DNA of 63,237 nt, counting the filler, from Reclinomonas americana ATCC 50394 (taxonomy: Eukaryota), in NCBI GenBank assembly GCA_048213135.1. It is 14 parts of 14 records of this genome, joined end to end, with 100 filler letters (N's around TTAATTAATTAA, not from the genome) between each part and the next. Parts side by side here need not be neighbours in the genome. Positions count along the whole stretch, not along the records: positions 31,154 to 32,936 come from AFZH01020402.1; positions 33,037 to 41,420 come from AFZH01020403.1; positions 41,521 to 43,485 come from AFZH01020404.1; positions 43,586 to 47,458 come from AFZH01020405.1; 10 more parts are not named here. One strand, written 5' to 3'. Shown here in pieces: positions 31,222-44,200 of this stretch. Made by a program: the position numbers and the translations under genes. Below the pieces are notes generated by a model. The model was given only the letters and a program-made list of their open reading frames with translations. It had not been told where the DNA came from and did no database searches. Each line of letters opens with the position of its first letter. The first letter of the stretch is position 1.

Positions 31222-31574
31222 GTGAGTGTTGCATTCAACGAGGGGCAGAAGGCATACGACGCAACAGCACACAAGCCCACAAAATCCTCGAGATTGAGAG
31301 GTTGCCCTGTGCGTGTGCGCGTTTAATGAGAGACACTCACACCACACTGTGTCGCGTGCACCACATAAGACACACCCAAGTTCTCCTCCTGATACTTCTG
31401 ATAGAGCACATGCAGCTCGTCAACAGTGACTGCAGTCAAGCAACAAAGATGCGGTCAGTCTTCACACACACACACACTCTCTCTCACACACTCAACAACG
31501 CAACATGCCACATCGGGCTTGTCTGCGAGCTCCTGGAACTCGCTCTCAGGCGTCTTGCTGTCACTGGCGCCCAT
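30534..31574 (-). CDS. N-myristoylated EF-hand calcium sensor (NCS/calcineurin-B-like), spans one gap
   Basis: MGASDSK (MGxxxS myristoylation motif); F|TVDELHVLYQKYQEEN; LNLEDFVGLC; canonical EF loop MFEAADMDKSGTISADE; LTYE|EFRKAM; stop at 30534-30536. Confidence 0.8.
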
Positions 31575-31643
31575 GTGTCTGTGTGTGCTCGTGCAAGAAG
31601 AAAAAACCCAAATGAGAATATCGAAGCACGTCCTGTGCATGCG

Positions 31644-31992
31644 CCGACGTTCACTGCTTGCCACGTACTACTTGCCGCAGGTCCAGTTCGTCTTCCGCGT
31701 CGTAAAGCTGCAGCGCGGGAAGTATCTGCTCGGCAAGCTGGCGAGCCTGATCGGCGCGACCGGCGGCCTTGAGTGCCGCGATGAGCTTGACCTGTTTGCG
31801 GAGAACTTCCTGTATGCCGACGTTCACTTCTTGCCACGTACGAGGTCGCTTACTTGCCGCAGATCCAGTTCGTCTTCCGCGTCGTAAAGCTGCAGCGCGG
31901 GAAGTATCTGCTCGGCAAGCTGGCGAGCCTGATCGGTGCGACCGGCGGCCTTGAGTGCCGCAAGTAGCTTGACCTGTTCGCGGAGAACTTCC
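31644..31992 (-). repeat. Tandem duplication (~170 bp x2) of the last coding segment of the SMYD gene
   Basis: 31644-31810 and 31818-31992 are near-identical (shared ccagttcgtcttccgcgtcgtaaagctgcagcgcgggaagtatctgctcggcaagctggcgagcctgatcgg); one 9-nt indel and a few substitutions. Confidence 0.95.
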
Positions 31993-34456
31993 GTGTCGAT
32001 GGCGTGGTAGCCGAGGTCGAGGAGAGTGCGTATGGAGCGGTGGAGGAGCTCGGCCACGCGAAGCCAGGCCGGGGGGGAGTCGGCGGTGGCGTTGTGCAGG
32101 CGTGCCAGCTCGTTGAGGCAGTGTGCCAGGCGTGGACTGCGTGGGGCGAGCGCGCGGTCGAGCAGGTCGAGGCATTTGGTGAGGAGCACGATGCGCTGGG
32201 AGTCGGAGGAGGAGGAGGAGGTGGCACGCTGTTGTCATGGCGAGGGTCAGCCGGTGACGTACAAGGGGGGCGGGGAAGGAGAATTCTACGACGCACGTTC
32301 CAGCAGTCGTGCGCGGTAAAAAGGCGCGACTCAATGTCGGCCAGCAGCGTGACGGCTCCACACCGCGCACATACCAGGTGGTCCTCGATGGCTGCAGCGC
32401 ACGAGTAGAAATAATGAGGCCTCATAGGCGATCGCACAAAAGGAGGGGAAAAAGAGCACGCAACGTGAAGTGACCATGATCTCATCCATGCCGCGCCCCA
32501 GTGACGCGCTGCACGCGGGGCACTTGACCTGGTTGACATCGGACGGACTGCGCAACGGTGAGGAGACGCACACAACCTGCGCGGAATGTGCAGGAACACA
32601 TACCGACTGCATGCGTCGCACTCGCAACGAAAGAGATACTGGGACGCCAGCTGTGCGCGTCGCGTCTCACTGCGTTTCTCCTTGCACACATGCGGTCCGT
32701 AGGTGATCAGCACCTCGTCACCGGCTTGCATACTCGGCGCAGTGCCGACCACGGTGAGGTAGCGCGAGCGCTCGAACTGCACTCGTGCGTTCGGGAGGCA
32801 GGAATGGTTGATGCGCGAGGCCGATGCGTACAAGGCCTTTAATATCACGCGTCAGCAAACGGAAAAGGAGGAGGAGAAGGAGCGGGAGAAGGAGAGGGAG
32901 GAGGAGGAGGAAGAGGAGGAGGAGAAGAGAAGAGAGNNNNNNNNNNNNNNNNNNNNNNNNNNNNNNNNNNNNNNNNNNNNTTAATTAATTAANNNNNNNN
33001 NNNNNNNNNNNNNNNNNNNNNNNNNNNNNNNNNNNNGAGGAAGAGGAAGAGGAAGAGGAAGAGGAAGAGGAAGAGGAAGAGGGAGAGGGAGAGAAAGAGG
33101 AAGAGAAAGAGGAGAAGGTGAAGGGGAAGAAGGAGAAGAAGAAGAAGAGAAAGCAGACGAGGAAGAAGGAGAAGGAGGATAAGGAGGAGAACAAGAAGAA
33201 GAAGAAGACGAAGGAGAGGGAGAATAAGAAGGAGAAGAAGAAGAAGAAGCATGTGGGGAGACCCGCGCGCAACTATTCCGCGAAGCACATGGCCATACTC
33301 GTCGGTCTCCACATCGACCTGGTAACCGCTCACCGAGAACGCGTTGAAGCGCAGAGCGCAGAGCGCGCAAAACACCAGCTGCTCAAAGGCCGAGTCGCCA
33401 GAAAACTCGGCTGTCACCGCCGCCGCCTGCGCCTCCATATCGCGGCGCTCGTCGGCCGGCAGGCGCTCCACATTCAGCAGCAGCTGTCGAATCTGCTGCA
33501 CGCGAGGTGATCCGTCTGCGCGTGGCGCAAGAGTGTGTGTCAGGTGAGGAGAGCACACATGCAGTGGCCTCGGTGTGCCAGACCTCCGATGCAGGCCACC
33601 ACTGCCGCATACACCAGCTGCGGAGTCGAGGACAGCACAAAGTCGGCGCGATCAAAGACGCGCGCCAGTGCCTCCAACTCTCCGCGTGCCCGGCTCTCTT
33701 CGAGACACCTGCTTTGCCGTCGTGAGGATCCCCGTGTCCACACACAAAAGAGAGAGAGAGACACGCAACTCTTCACAACAGTACTGCAACGGCGCCGAGC
33801 AACCGGGCAGTGGCACGCCGGCCTTCACATCGCGCAAGCAAAACGCGCAGAACCAGTGCCAAGTGCCCTCCGCCGTCGACACCACCGCCAGCAGCGCGTC
33901 CTCGCGCGACAGCAGCACTCTACTTCCAGTCGCCTCGTCGTACCCCACTGTCGCCACGCACATTTGCTCACCGGGTCGTCGCGCCTCATCGCTGACCACC
34001 TCTGTCCGCGATCGCGAAATGAGAAGAATGAGCTTCTGCGATATGGATATGCAAAGGGGCCTGCTCACCAATCGCTGTGTCACATGTAGGTCTCCATTGC
34101 GGTGGTGGCGTCCACACCGTTGAGCAACTCAGCAGCATCTCGGTCGCTGACAGCAAATCATCGAGAATGATCATTCTCGTGTTCGCTTTTTTCCGACGAT
34201 TGCAATCATGATATATGCACACACCTTTTTGCTTTCTATACAGCGCCTTTGCGTGATTGGCTTGCAGCGCCAGTGCTGCCTCGGCGTCTCGGAGCGCTTC
34301 TTGGGCGTCGCCGAGACTGAGCGAGCACTGGGCGCGATTAGCGAGGAGTGTTACGCGGACATCGTGTGAGGAGGCAGTGTGGAGAGCGGCGGTGTAGAGA
34401 CGACGTGCGCGGGCGTAGTGGTGCTCGCGGAAGGCGGTGTTGCCGGCGGCGTGCAT
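31824..34456 (-). CDS. TPR-MYND-SET lysine methyltransferase (SMYD4-like), spans one gap; start approximate
   Basis: TPR GNTAFREHHYARARRLYTAAL...LLANRAQCSL; MYND-like FCAFCL...PGCSAPLQYCC; SET RGI|ALYASASRINHSCLPN, GDEVLITYGP; post-SET YLFRCECDAC. Confidence 0.88.
32861..33250. repeat. Polypurine (GAG/GAA)n low-complexity tract inside a SMYD intron, interrupted by a gap
   Basis: gaggaa/gaagaa repeats on both sides of the gap. Confidence 0.85.
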
Positions 34457-34747
34457 ATCTGACAACAATGTGGCAGCTTTGTTTCCCGCGCTGACTGCGA
34501 GCAGGACGACACTGGTGCTCTTTCTTGTTTGCGCATGCGTCGAGTGGTGTGGTTGCTACCACAGGCAATGTATTGCTTGGAGATGTTTGTCGGTTGATGT
34601 ACGTGTGCGGCCTTGTCTTTTCCTGCCAATTAGGTTGGTGTCGTCGCTTGTCGCGTGTGACGGGATTCAATCCGGCACTCACCGACTGCTGACAACAACA
34701 GGCCGTGTTGTTCGAGGCAGCGACGAGGAGGCAAGCAGGTGTGGGCC

Positions 34748-37700
34748 ATGGACGGTGATGGAGTTGAAGACAACTGGGTGAGTATCGCAGCACGGTGTAT
34801 GGTTCTGTGCACACGTTCTCGCACGCGCGTACATTGATTGCACTCATCAGCGCCGACACTGCTCACGATGTGCGTAGGCGATTGATAGCGACGGTGCTGC
34901 TGTTGGTCGCGGCGCAGATGAGCAGGTGCCTGTGCACCGTGCGGAACAACCCGTGGTGAGCGTCGATGTGTCGTCGACTGTCGTGGTTATCCGTTCTCTG
35001 ACGTCTATTCAGGTGGTAGTGGCACAGTTGAATGTGTGTCAAGAAGAGGTGCCAGTGCACGAAGACCCAGTTGCAGAGCTGATGCTGGTGGATGGCGGCG
35101 GCCATCCCGGAGGAGGTGGTGACGGTGGAGGTGGCAGTGGTGCTGCACAACTAGGCGCTGATCATGACGGCGACGCGGAGATGGCACAGGCACATTCGAC
35201 AGTACACGGATCAGGCCTGATGCTGGTGGATCGTAGCGGGCTCCCTGGAGGTGGCGGTGACGGCGGGAGCGGCAGTGGCAGTGGTGACGGTCAATCAGTT
35301 GCAATTGTTGCTTCAACTGAGAAGTGTTACCTGCCTATCGGTAGAGTCGGACCTCCCGAAATTCTGCTCGGCCATCGCAGCCCTGGAGGCGGGTACAAAG
35401 TCAGTATGGTGCGTGCAAGTGACCCACAGACGAGTTGCAGTCTTGGTCTGATGAGGCGTGTATTTCTCTTTTCAACAGGTCCGCAGTGACAGAATTCAAG
35501 ATGGCGAGTGCAATCAGCTTCTCGCTGGCGCAAAATGGAACACGGGCGCCGTATTTCCAGGCAGTGGTGAAATTGGTTTCCGCCTATGCCAACGTCATCT
35601 GGAGGAGAGAGCACACTCGGCGGTCAAAGCTGACAGCTACATGGAAGCGCATCAGCATGGCCAACTCTTGAGGCGCAACTTCCTGCTGGCGATCGACTTT
35701 CAGGGCATGACGGGCCCTGTATTGCCAACAAGCCTGCAGTTCGAGCTGCGAGTGACGCCTGCAGATCGAGAGGATCTCCGAGCCCGGATTCACGAGGCGC
35801 ATGTTTATCTTGAGCCTGCGGCCAACTGCATTGATGCAGCCAAGTTGGCGAGAGCGCATGCGCGCCTGCGCTGCTTTGCGATCACAGCTTTTGTCGGCAG
35901 ATTCCGCACGACTGTGGAAGTCGCCGTTGAACAACTGGAGGTGTGTGGCACTGTGTTATTCTGAGTCTGCCTTTGTCAGTAACTGAATATATATTAATAT
36001 GACCGTGTGCGCGCGTGCATTAGGCCGTCAGGAACTATAAGGGTTGCGATCCAATGTGTCAGCTTCGCTTTGATCTCGTCGTGTACTTTGGCGATCAGCC
36101 GCCTCAGGAGGATGAAGACGTGTACTTGTACACGCTGCAGTGTGCGCTGCCGGTTGTGTTGCGGAACAGGGCTGCTGAGGGGCCGTCACCTTGTTGTGCC
36201 AGTCACATCACGTGGATGGGCCATCAAAACGCTTCGGGGTTCAATACGACACTGTGGCACGCGATCGAGCGCGCTAACCACGTGTCGGTACATGATGGTA
36301 TCCTTCAACGGGCCGTCCGCGCTCGTGGAATAGGTCTCTAACACTCCTACTGACTTCTGACATTCTATTTTGCTAACATTGTGGTGTGCGAGCAGAGTTC
36401 ATCCCACATAAAGAAGTGGAGTATTGGGAGAAGAATCAAGACGGAGCTGTACCACCCCTGAGTGTCAGCTTCAACTGTGTCGGTGCCACTGTCGACATGA
36501 TGGCTTCCATTCAGGCCATCGGTGTGCTGTTTGCGCACAGTTCTGCGATGGCACATCGCGAGGTGCGTGCATGTTTGCACTCTGGTCCAGCATCTGCAAA
36601 GACTTGCACCTTAAATTAATATTGTGTTGCAGATTTCTCGTTTGTGCAAAGTAGTTGGCGGGCAAGTGCTCGTGGATTATGACGTGAAAACAATTTCCGT
36701 GAAGGTTGATCTCGAGTTTGTGAGCGACCAGAGGAACGGTGCATTGCTGTTCGTCGTTGTCGCGGAAGGAGATGGCTGCTACGTGTATGACAAGCCCATG
36801 CACGTGATACGAGAGAAGCCACCCAAGCACACGGTAGTCGGTATGCGAGCGAGTGGAGAGAAGCCGGATGATCCACCGCCACCGAGTTCACCACGTGACG
36901 GAGGTGCTGCTCAAGTTGGCGAGCCCTCAGGTTGGCCGTCGTCGGGTTCTATCTGCCACACAAGCTCACCTGTCCCGTATTGCACGCAGGTTCGAGTGAG
37001 CGTCCGCCGGTGTCGCAGAGACCTTACTTTAAGCTGCCAGCGGAATCTGCCTCTCAAATGACTAAAATGTCATTCACGGAAGGTGCCGTGGCAGGTTCGG
37101 CAACCACACTTTCCGGTTATGCGCTATCAGCAATCTGTTTGACAGCACATGACTTCGTGCACAGGCATGAAATGTGATTTGCAACAGCTGGAAGCATCGA
37201 CCAATCACCCTGTGCTCAGCGTCCTTTTTACTCATGCCGTAAACGCTGATGTGGAAGGTCTCCAAAAATTTCTTCGCGATCCGTATTACGGATCTTGGTA
37301 CCAGTCGTTGCGTGTCCGACCACCACCAATCTGTGCGCGTATCGGTATTCACTTGTCGCGTTGCCGTTGCAGGGTGCTTGTGGATCCTTCGTTCAATAAC
37401 TCGGAAGTTGCTCCGCTGCAAGTGTATGCACATTGCTGGGTCGAAGGATTCTATGCTGCGCTCGGCTGTGCCACGGAGCTCACCTCGGTAGTGATCGAGT
37501 TGCTGCATGACGAAGACGGCAACAACCTGCTTGTTACTCTGGTCAGCAATTCAACTGTTTTGCACCGATGTTCCAGCGCGATGGGTGTGGCCTTCATGGA
37601 ATTGTTCAAGAAGGCAAGTCCCTCGTCTTAATGTCACTACTGGTGCAGCTTTCGTTACTGATCGCCTGCATGGCAGTGTGGCTCTCGGCGCTTGTTGGAC

Positions 37701-40585
37701 CACAAAAACGTGAATGGCATCACCATGCTGCATCAAGTGGCCGCCAGAGCGTCGATGGAGACTGCGCTCCAGATGCTAGTCGCACTTCGGATGCAATCAC
37801 GCCCGAGGGAGCTAACAGCTGACGAGTGTTGCGCGGCTGCGACAGAGGCTCTCGCTCACGAGAACTACGGGACTGCCGCTGCGTTCGTGCTGACTGCACA
37901 CGAGGGCTCCGACTTTGCACTCGGCAGCCGCGATGTCGTTGAGATTTTGTGCCAGCACACGCAGGTACGCAAGCAATCTGTGGATGCAATTTCGCGCAAC
38001 TCTCATTCTCCGTTGCTGCCACAGCTGCGACTTCAGGAGTCAAAGGACCGATTTGTTACTCTTGTGTTCGAAGAGAGGCTGGCAGAGTGTCGATCAATTA
38101 TTGACGAGCTGTTGCAAGGTTTGTTACTTGTTACTTCGTGAGTAATCACAGCCCGCACGAGTAACGACCATATTCGCAGAGCTGGTCGACGGAAAATTCA
38201 ACCCACGTTCGTTGGCTGAGACGGCTGTGGATGCCACGCTCCTGCTCCCACAGTCCGTCATTTTCGCCAGAATGGCCACTGAGTTGTCGGTGGACGACAT
38301 TCGACAATTGCTTGTCGGCCGAGACGAGTCCTCCAGCACCGTCGCTGAGGCCCCGAACGCTGGGTCTGAGGCGTCGCCCTTGCCCACCACGGAGACCGGC
38401 ATGCATTCGGTGTGTGGTATCGCCTCGACGATGACTTATCCGATAATCGAGTGCTGACAACTCGTGTGTGTGATTTCAGTCACGACAGTCGGCAACTGAC
38501 TTGTCCAGCTCTGCTTGTGATGAGGGATCATGCATTCATCACGATCAAGCTCCACACCACACTGACGGGACAGATACGGACGCAGAGGATGACTCAAGCG
38601 ACGATCCACTTGCGCCAGAGTCAACAAGCCTGAAGATTGGACAGCCTATTCAAGTGGTAGCCGGTGCGGGAAGCGCAATGACAGATATGGTCATTCCAGA
38701 GGGTGCCACAGTGGATGGTATGTACATTTGACTGAGCCTTTCGCAAAACACTGCAGTGTGCTGATCTTGCGAGTACAGAAATCGGACGTGCGATCGATCG
38801 GCTTCGGAAGGACTTGGAACGTCTAGTCGTGGAGGCATCAGTAGCATGTAAAGTTGACGGTTGGTAACTAGAGCATGTCCCTTCGGGCATCAATCGCGAA
38901 TACCTCTTGCCAACCGAAATGTGTATTCACAGACAGCAAACAAGAACATGCGAATGTGCAATTTCTAGCGCGTACTCAAGCTGATTGGGAGCACTTGGCG
39001 GTCCAGACGGAGAGCTCGCCTGTAGCGCGATCGCGCACGGAGCACCACATCAATGCGCTAAAGCTTGTTTGCGGACAAGCGGCGCTCGTTATTCTGTACG
39101 GCGACTCGTCTCAGCTTATGCAGGTGTGTTATGTGCTCCATGTTACATTTGCATATTTCCTTGCTGACACGTGACTTGCACTTGAGCAGATTGCGAGGAC
39201 CATGATGTCCATTGCAGATACAAGCGTCAAGCTCGAAGTGCCTTCTATGGTGGATTCGCATGCAGCATTCTCCAACCCTGAAGGCAAGACGGATACGGAC
39301 GCTGTGCAAGAGTTCCTGTACTCGTTGCGAGTTTATCGACTGACGGAGACGGAGCGCCTGTTTGAGCATTTGCGCGACTGCGAATTGTTGGAAACGGAGC
39401 TGCGTGATCAGGAAGCCGCCTTCATGCGCAAGCTGCAGGGTTTCAAGGCCGCCATTGAGTCACGATCAATTGACTTGCGCGTTGCGTTGAGACGCTACGA
39501 GCACCTGGATGTCCGTTCGAAGAACACTAAGCGAGTGCGCGAAACCCAAGTGCTACTCAAATCGGCTGCTGTTGCTCAGTCCAACCTGGAGCAGGTTCTA
39601 ATGGGACTGGAGTTCTGCCGTCTCACTCCGCTGGCAGCGATCTTCCAACACTGGAACCGTAACGACCGCGAGCCACGCAACCGGCTGGTTACCGAGTGTG
39701 CGAACGATGTTCTGGAGCATCTGCGCAAGTCTCTCGAGCTGACTAACATTGTGCGTACGTGTGCACCTGCACGTCGTACTCGTTGTTGGCGTGCTCACTC
39801 GCCCAGCACATTCCCCAGCTCTCTTCTGAAGAGTGGAAGCATGCGACGCAGCAGTGGTGGACTCGTGCATCGGAGCTTCGGTGTCTCTTCGAACGTACCC
39901 GGGAGACACTTAACACACGCTTTGCACTGGATTTGATGACAGACTCAATGCCACAGCTTGCGACGGTTTGTGTTCATCAGTTTTCTTGCATTCCATCAGT
40001 CGTTTTGACCACTATGTGTGTCTTGCGCGTGCGTAGTTTGCGGAGGAACGTTGCGTCTCTTGGCAACTGTGTGCGTGTGCGTTGTTGTCTGCATGCTAAC
40101 CTGATTGAGCTGTCAGTTGGCATTGACGTCAGCTACAAATCGACAACGTCGTCCACGTCGACGACATCGATTAGTTCCATTGATGATGACGAGGCGGAAG
40201 ACGTCAGGGCTCGTGCTAAGTCACCAGTACCTGTACCAGTGTCGCGGGGTGCTACTGCTCATGCGCATGCAGATGTTTTTGTAAAATAAATTGCGATCAA
40301 AAATTTGTGTTGAACATCACCGCTGCGCACACATACCGCTTCATCGCTCTGCGATTTGCGACAGCCAGTTTTCAGCGCCAGCTGATGAATCTCCAACATG
40401 GGCGCGCTGCGGAAATACGGTGTGTCCCGGTAGAAGTGGACCCTCAGACCACCGGTGGTGTACCGCTGCGTGACGATGATTTCGAATTTGAATTCCGGGC
40501 AAATCTACTCGGCCGCGCAGCGGTGTGTTGCGGGCGAAGAAAAACAGTTGACCCTCGGCGTCGGCAGTTGGGTCTGTTCAGATAA
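34748..40585 (+). CDS. Large unknown multi-exon protein, paralog A (beta-rich domains, ankyrin-like repeats, helical C-terminus); end approximate
   Basis: Exon chain from MDGDGVEDNW|; ankyrin-like DEDGNNLLVTLV and DHKNVNGITMLHQVA; collinear similarity to the gene at 41004-46711. Confidence 0.7.
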
Positions 40586-41003
40586 GCGCGGGCTGTGCCG
40601 CGGTACCGCCACACGCTGGGCCGGCCGCGGGGAGCTGGCCGTGTATACAGTATACGCGTATTAATATTCGTATATATATATATATATACGCGTAACTACT
40701 GTAGATCGCGATATATATCCAAGGTAAGTGCTGCTGCATGCACACTGCTGAATTAGAATCAATCGAGACATCCCGTCTGCTCTCTTCCTTATACAACACT
40801 GAGGCCAGATGGACGAAATACAGTATGTAAAAACTTGAAACCCGGCATGACTGGTCAGAAGTTGCGGTGTCGTCGTGTTCTTCGCACGCCTGTCGTCGCA
40901 TTCGTGGCGATAACCACCTTCACTCCTCTCTCGCGCGCCGTCGTTGTGCGATCGCAGAAGTCGTCTTCATCCCTCCCATTCACCGACAACGTCTTCCCCC
41001 GCC

Positions 41004-41235
41004 ATGTCTTTCCACGACGGCGACTTTGACGGAGAGGATGTGCCGCTGCCTCCACCGTTCGACAGTCACACGGTCCTCTTTGAGCAGTTCGAGCTCGAGG
41101 AACACGGCGGCGAGGGCAGTGGCACCGTCGGCGCCGTTGCTGGCGACAGTGAGAGCAGCAGCATGAGCTCCGGTGACCACTATAGCATGTTCGGGAGCAC
41201 AATGCCTGAGGAGGTGATGTGTGTGCGTGCGTGTG

Positions 41236-41285
<50 letters not shown>

Positions 41286-44200
41286 GAGACGAAGAAGAGA
41301 GAGAGAGTAGAGTAGTCTCACACACGACGAGACGAACTACACACGTACCACCAATCGTCTACTTCCGACAACGCAGTAGGACGTGGACGAAGGTAGGACG
41401 GTACCACCACGCCTACCGAANNNNNNNNNNNNNNNNNNNNNNNNNNNNNNNNNNNNNNNNNNNNTTAATTAATTAANNNNNNNNNNNNNNNNNNNNNNNN
41501 NNNNNNNNNNNNNNNNNNNNACCCCGTACCGTACCGGTCCGTCTACTCCTACGTCGCGTCCGTCCTACGTCTCTCGTTTCGTTCGTTCGTCGTCGTCGTC
41601 CTCTCTCTCTCTCTCCTCTCCTCCCTCCCTCCCTCCCTCCTCTCTCTCTCTCTCTCCTCCCCCCCTCCCTTCTCTCTCTCTCCTTCCCCCCCCCCCTCCC
41701 TCCCTTTCTCCCTCCCTTTTTCCCTCCCCCTTCTCCCTCTTCCTCTGCTGACTGTTTCGGGATGCCGCAGAAGAGCCACCACAACTGGTATCCTCGGAGC
41801 TCACGATGAGCAGCCAGCGTCGTACCACCGCGGGAGCACTGCCCGCCTCTTCCAATGTCACCGACCATGCAGACGGCGGTCCCTACCACGTGGCACATCG
41901 TCCGGTTCGTTGGCGATGATCTGGCACACGCACGCAGCATCTCACTGTGCTGCAGATTGGCTTTGGTGGGGATGTGCAAGTCGTGTGCGGCGCCAAGTGG
42001 AGCTTGCACCCACTCCGCATCGACGACTTTGTGCTGCTGAAGATTGCGGACGTTCGCGAGATGGATTGCGTGATGGATCCGCGGCCGCCCATCGTCGGTC
42101 ACTTGCTGGGTTCCCAGTTTGTGTGGTCGTTGCATTTCTGTGGCCTGGCCGACAATGGCGGCTTCTTGAAAACAACGCACTTCGAGGTCTCCACGTGGCG
42201 ACAGCAGCGGTGTCGCATTGAGAGTGCAGAAGCAAGCTTGAACAGCGGGAATCCGAACCGCGACGCTTGTTTCGAGTTCCGTTGCATCGTGCATGCAGAC
42301 GAGACTCGCACCGGATTCGCACTGGAGGCCCGGCAGGTTTGCTCTTTTTTTGATGAGTCAAGCGAATGGGGCTGTGTTGTCCTAAGTCGTGTTGCACAGG
42401 TCAACACATCTCCGCCAGCTCCGCATGTGGGCGAACACAGAATCGAGAGGCTACGCATGCAGCTTATCGTGGTGGTCGTCGATCCGAACGGCGACGCGCA
42501 TCGTCTCCACTTGGAGTGCTTCATTCCGTTGGTTCTTCGCAACAAGGGCGCCCAGGTGCCCAAGGTCGCCTCTCATATCTCGTGGGTCCTCTTCCATGTC
42601 GCTCCTGGGCTCGCACCGATTGACCGTCGTCAACTCTGTCTTCATGCCCAACATGATACTACTCGTTTCGTGAAGCATACCTTGCATGTCACCATGCATG
42701 CTTGTGTGCTGACACTCGTCACCGCTGGCACGCAGGATTCTTTCCTCAACAGCCCGAAGTGACGCTACGCATGGGGCAGGATGACGTGATTACACACGTA
42801 CGATTCCCGTATGGATGGAACTTTGCTGAGCCGGCAAACGAGATTGGCTTCCTGATTTCGACCAATACGGTCGTCGCCCACGCTGTGGTAAGCGCGAAAT
42901 ATGTAATGTTATAAGTCGTCTGGTGCTGACTTCATCGTGCCAGGTGCCTGACATTGTGCAAGTGGTCGGCGGCGCGTTGGACGGCGCCCAGCCTCCTCCC
43001 CGACTCTACGAATTCCTTGCCGTGCGCTTGCGAGGTCTGCGAGCGGGACGCAAAGTTTTCCTCTTTCCTGCGTTCTCCCGACCGGACGGTCGGATCGACA
43101 TCTACCACGAATCGTTCGAAGTGATTGTGGTCAGGACGCGCGGTATGCTTGCTCGTTGCACTCACTCTTCATGTCCCCTGAATCAGCCTTTAGTGACACA
43201 TGCTTGTGGGTTGATAGGAGAGAAACGCGCATGCTCCTCAGCCGATGACCAGGGCGCTGATGGTGGTGGCCGCGCGCGCGATCGTGATGACGAGGACGGT
43301 GTGTATTCGTGCCAAGCCCGTGCTTTCTTTCCTAGTTGGGCCACTCACAACTGTATGTTGGCTGCTCTCAGCACCACGGGCAAGGAGGCGGAACGTTCCC
43401 ACTGCTGGTTCGGCAGCGGGCAAAAGCAAGAGTCGTTTCGTCCGTGTCTGCTTTGCTGCACCGTCACCCGGCAGTCTCCCACTGANNNNNNNNNNNNNNN
43501 NNNNNNNNNNNNNNNNNNNNNNNNNNNNNTTAATTAATTAANNNNNNNNNNNNNNNNNNNNNNNNNNNNNNNNNNNNNNNNNNNNCCGTTTTGTTTCAGA
43601 GCAATCAAAGACGGCAGCTGCCAGTGGGGGTGGCGGCAGCAGTGGCGGTGCAACAGAGGAACAAGGCAGTCGAGAAATCAGCGACGCAGCACATCAGCAC
43701 GTGTATGAGACAGCAATGGCCTTGCTGTTCAAGGCATGTCGTTTCATCTAATCGCAGGTGGTTGCTTTGTTGCTGATTGCCGTCGCACAGTGTGCCATTG
43801 AGGATATGCCAGAGTATGTTGAGCAATACATGCGCTTCCCCAACAAGACTGTGGCGAACCAAGAGTTGCGCCGGCACTGTGTGTATCTAATCTTGCACAA
43901 CCACTGACCTCGTGTTCTCCTCCGCACAGGTGGCTGTTGGACCAGGACTTTGGCTACTCGCACGTCGCTCCTCTGCAGGCCTTTGCCGTGGCCAGCGCCA
44001 AGTCGCTAGCCGTTGCTCTCAATGGCGCCACGGACCTCACCGGGGATGAAGTGGCCGCGTTGCGTGACGAGAACAACAACAATATCCTCGGCACCTATGT
44101 CGAATCGCTGCAAGAACCCGACTGGGCCAGTTATTTCGGCGACGGTCCATCGTCGCCAGGAGTGGACTCGGAAAACAGCTACACACCACCCGCAAAGACA

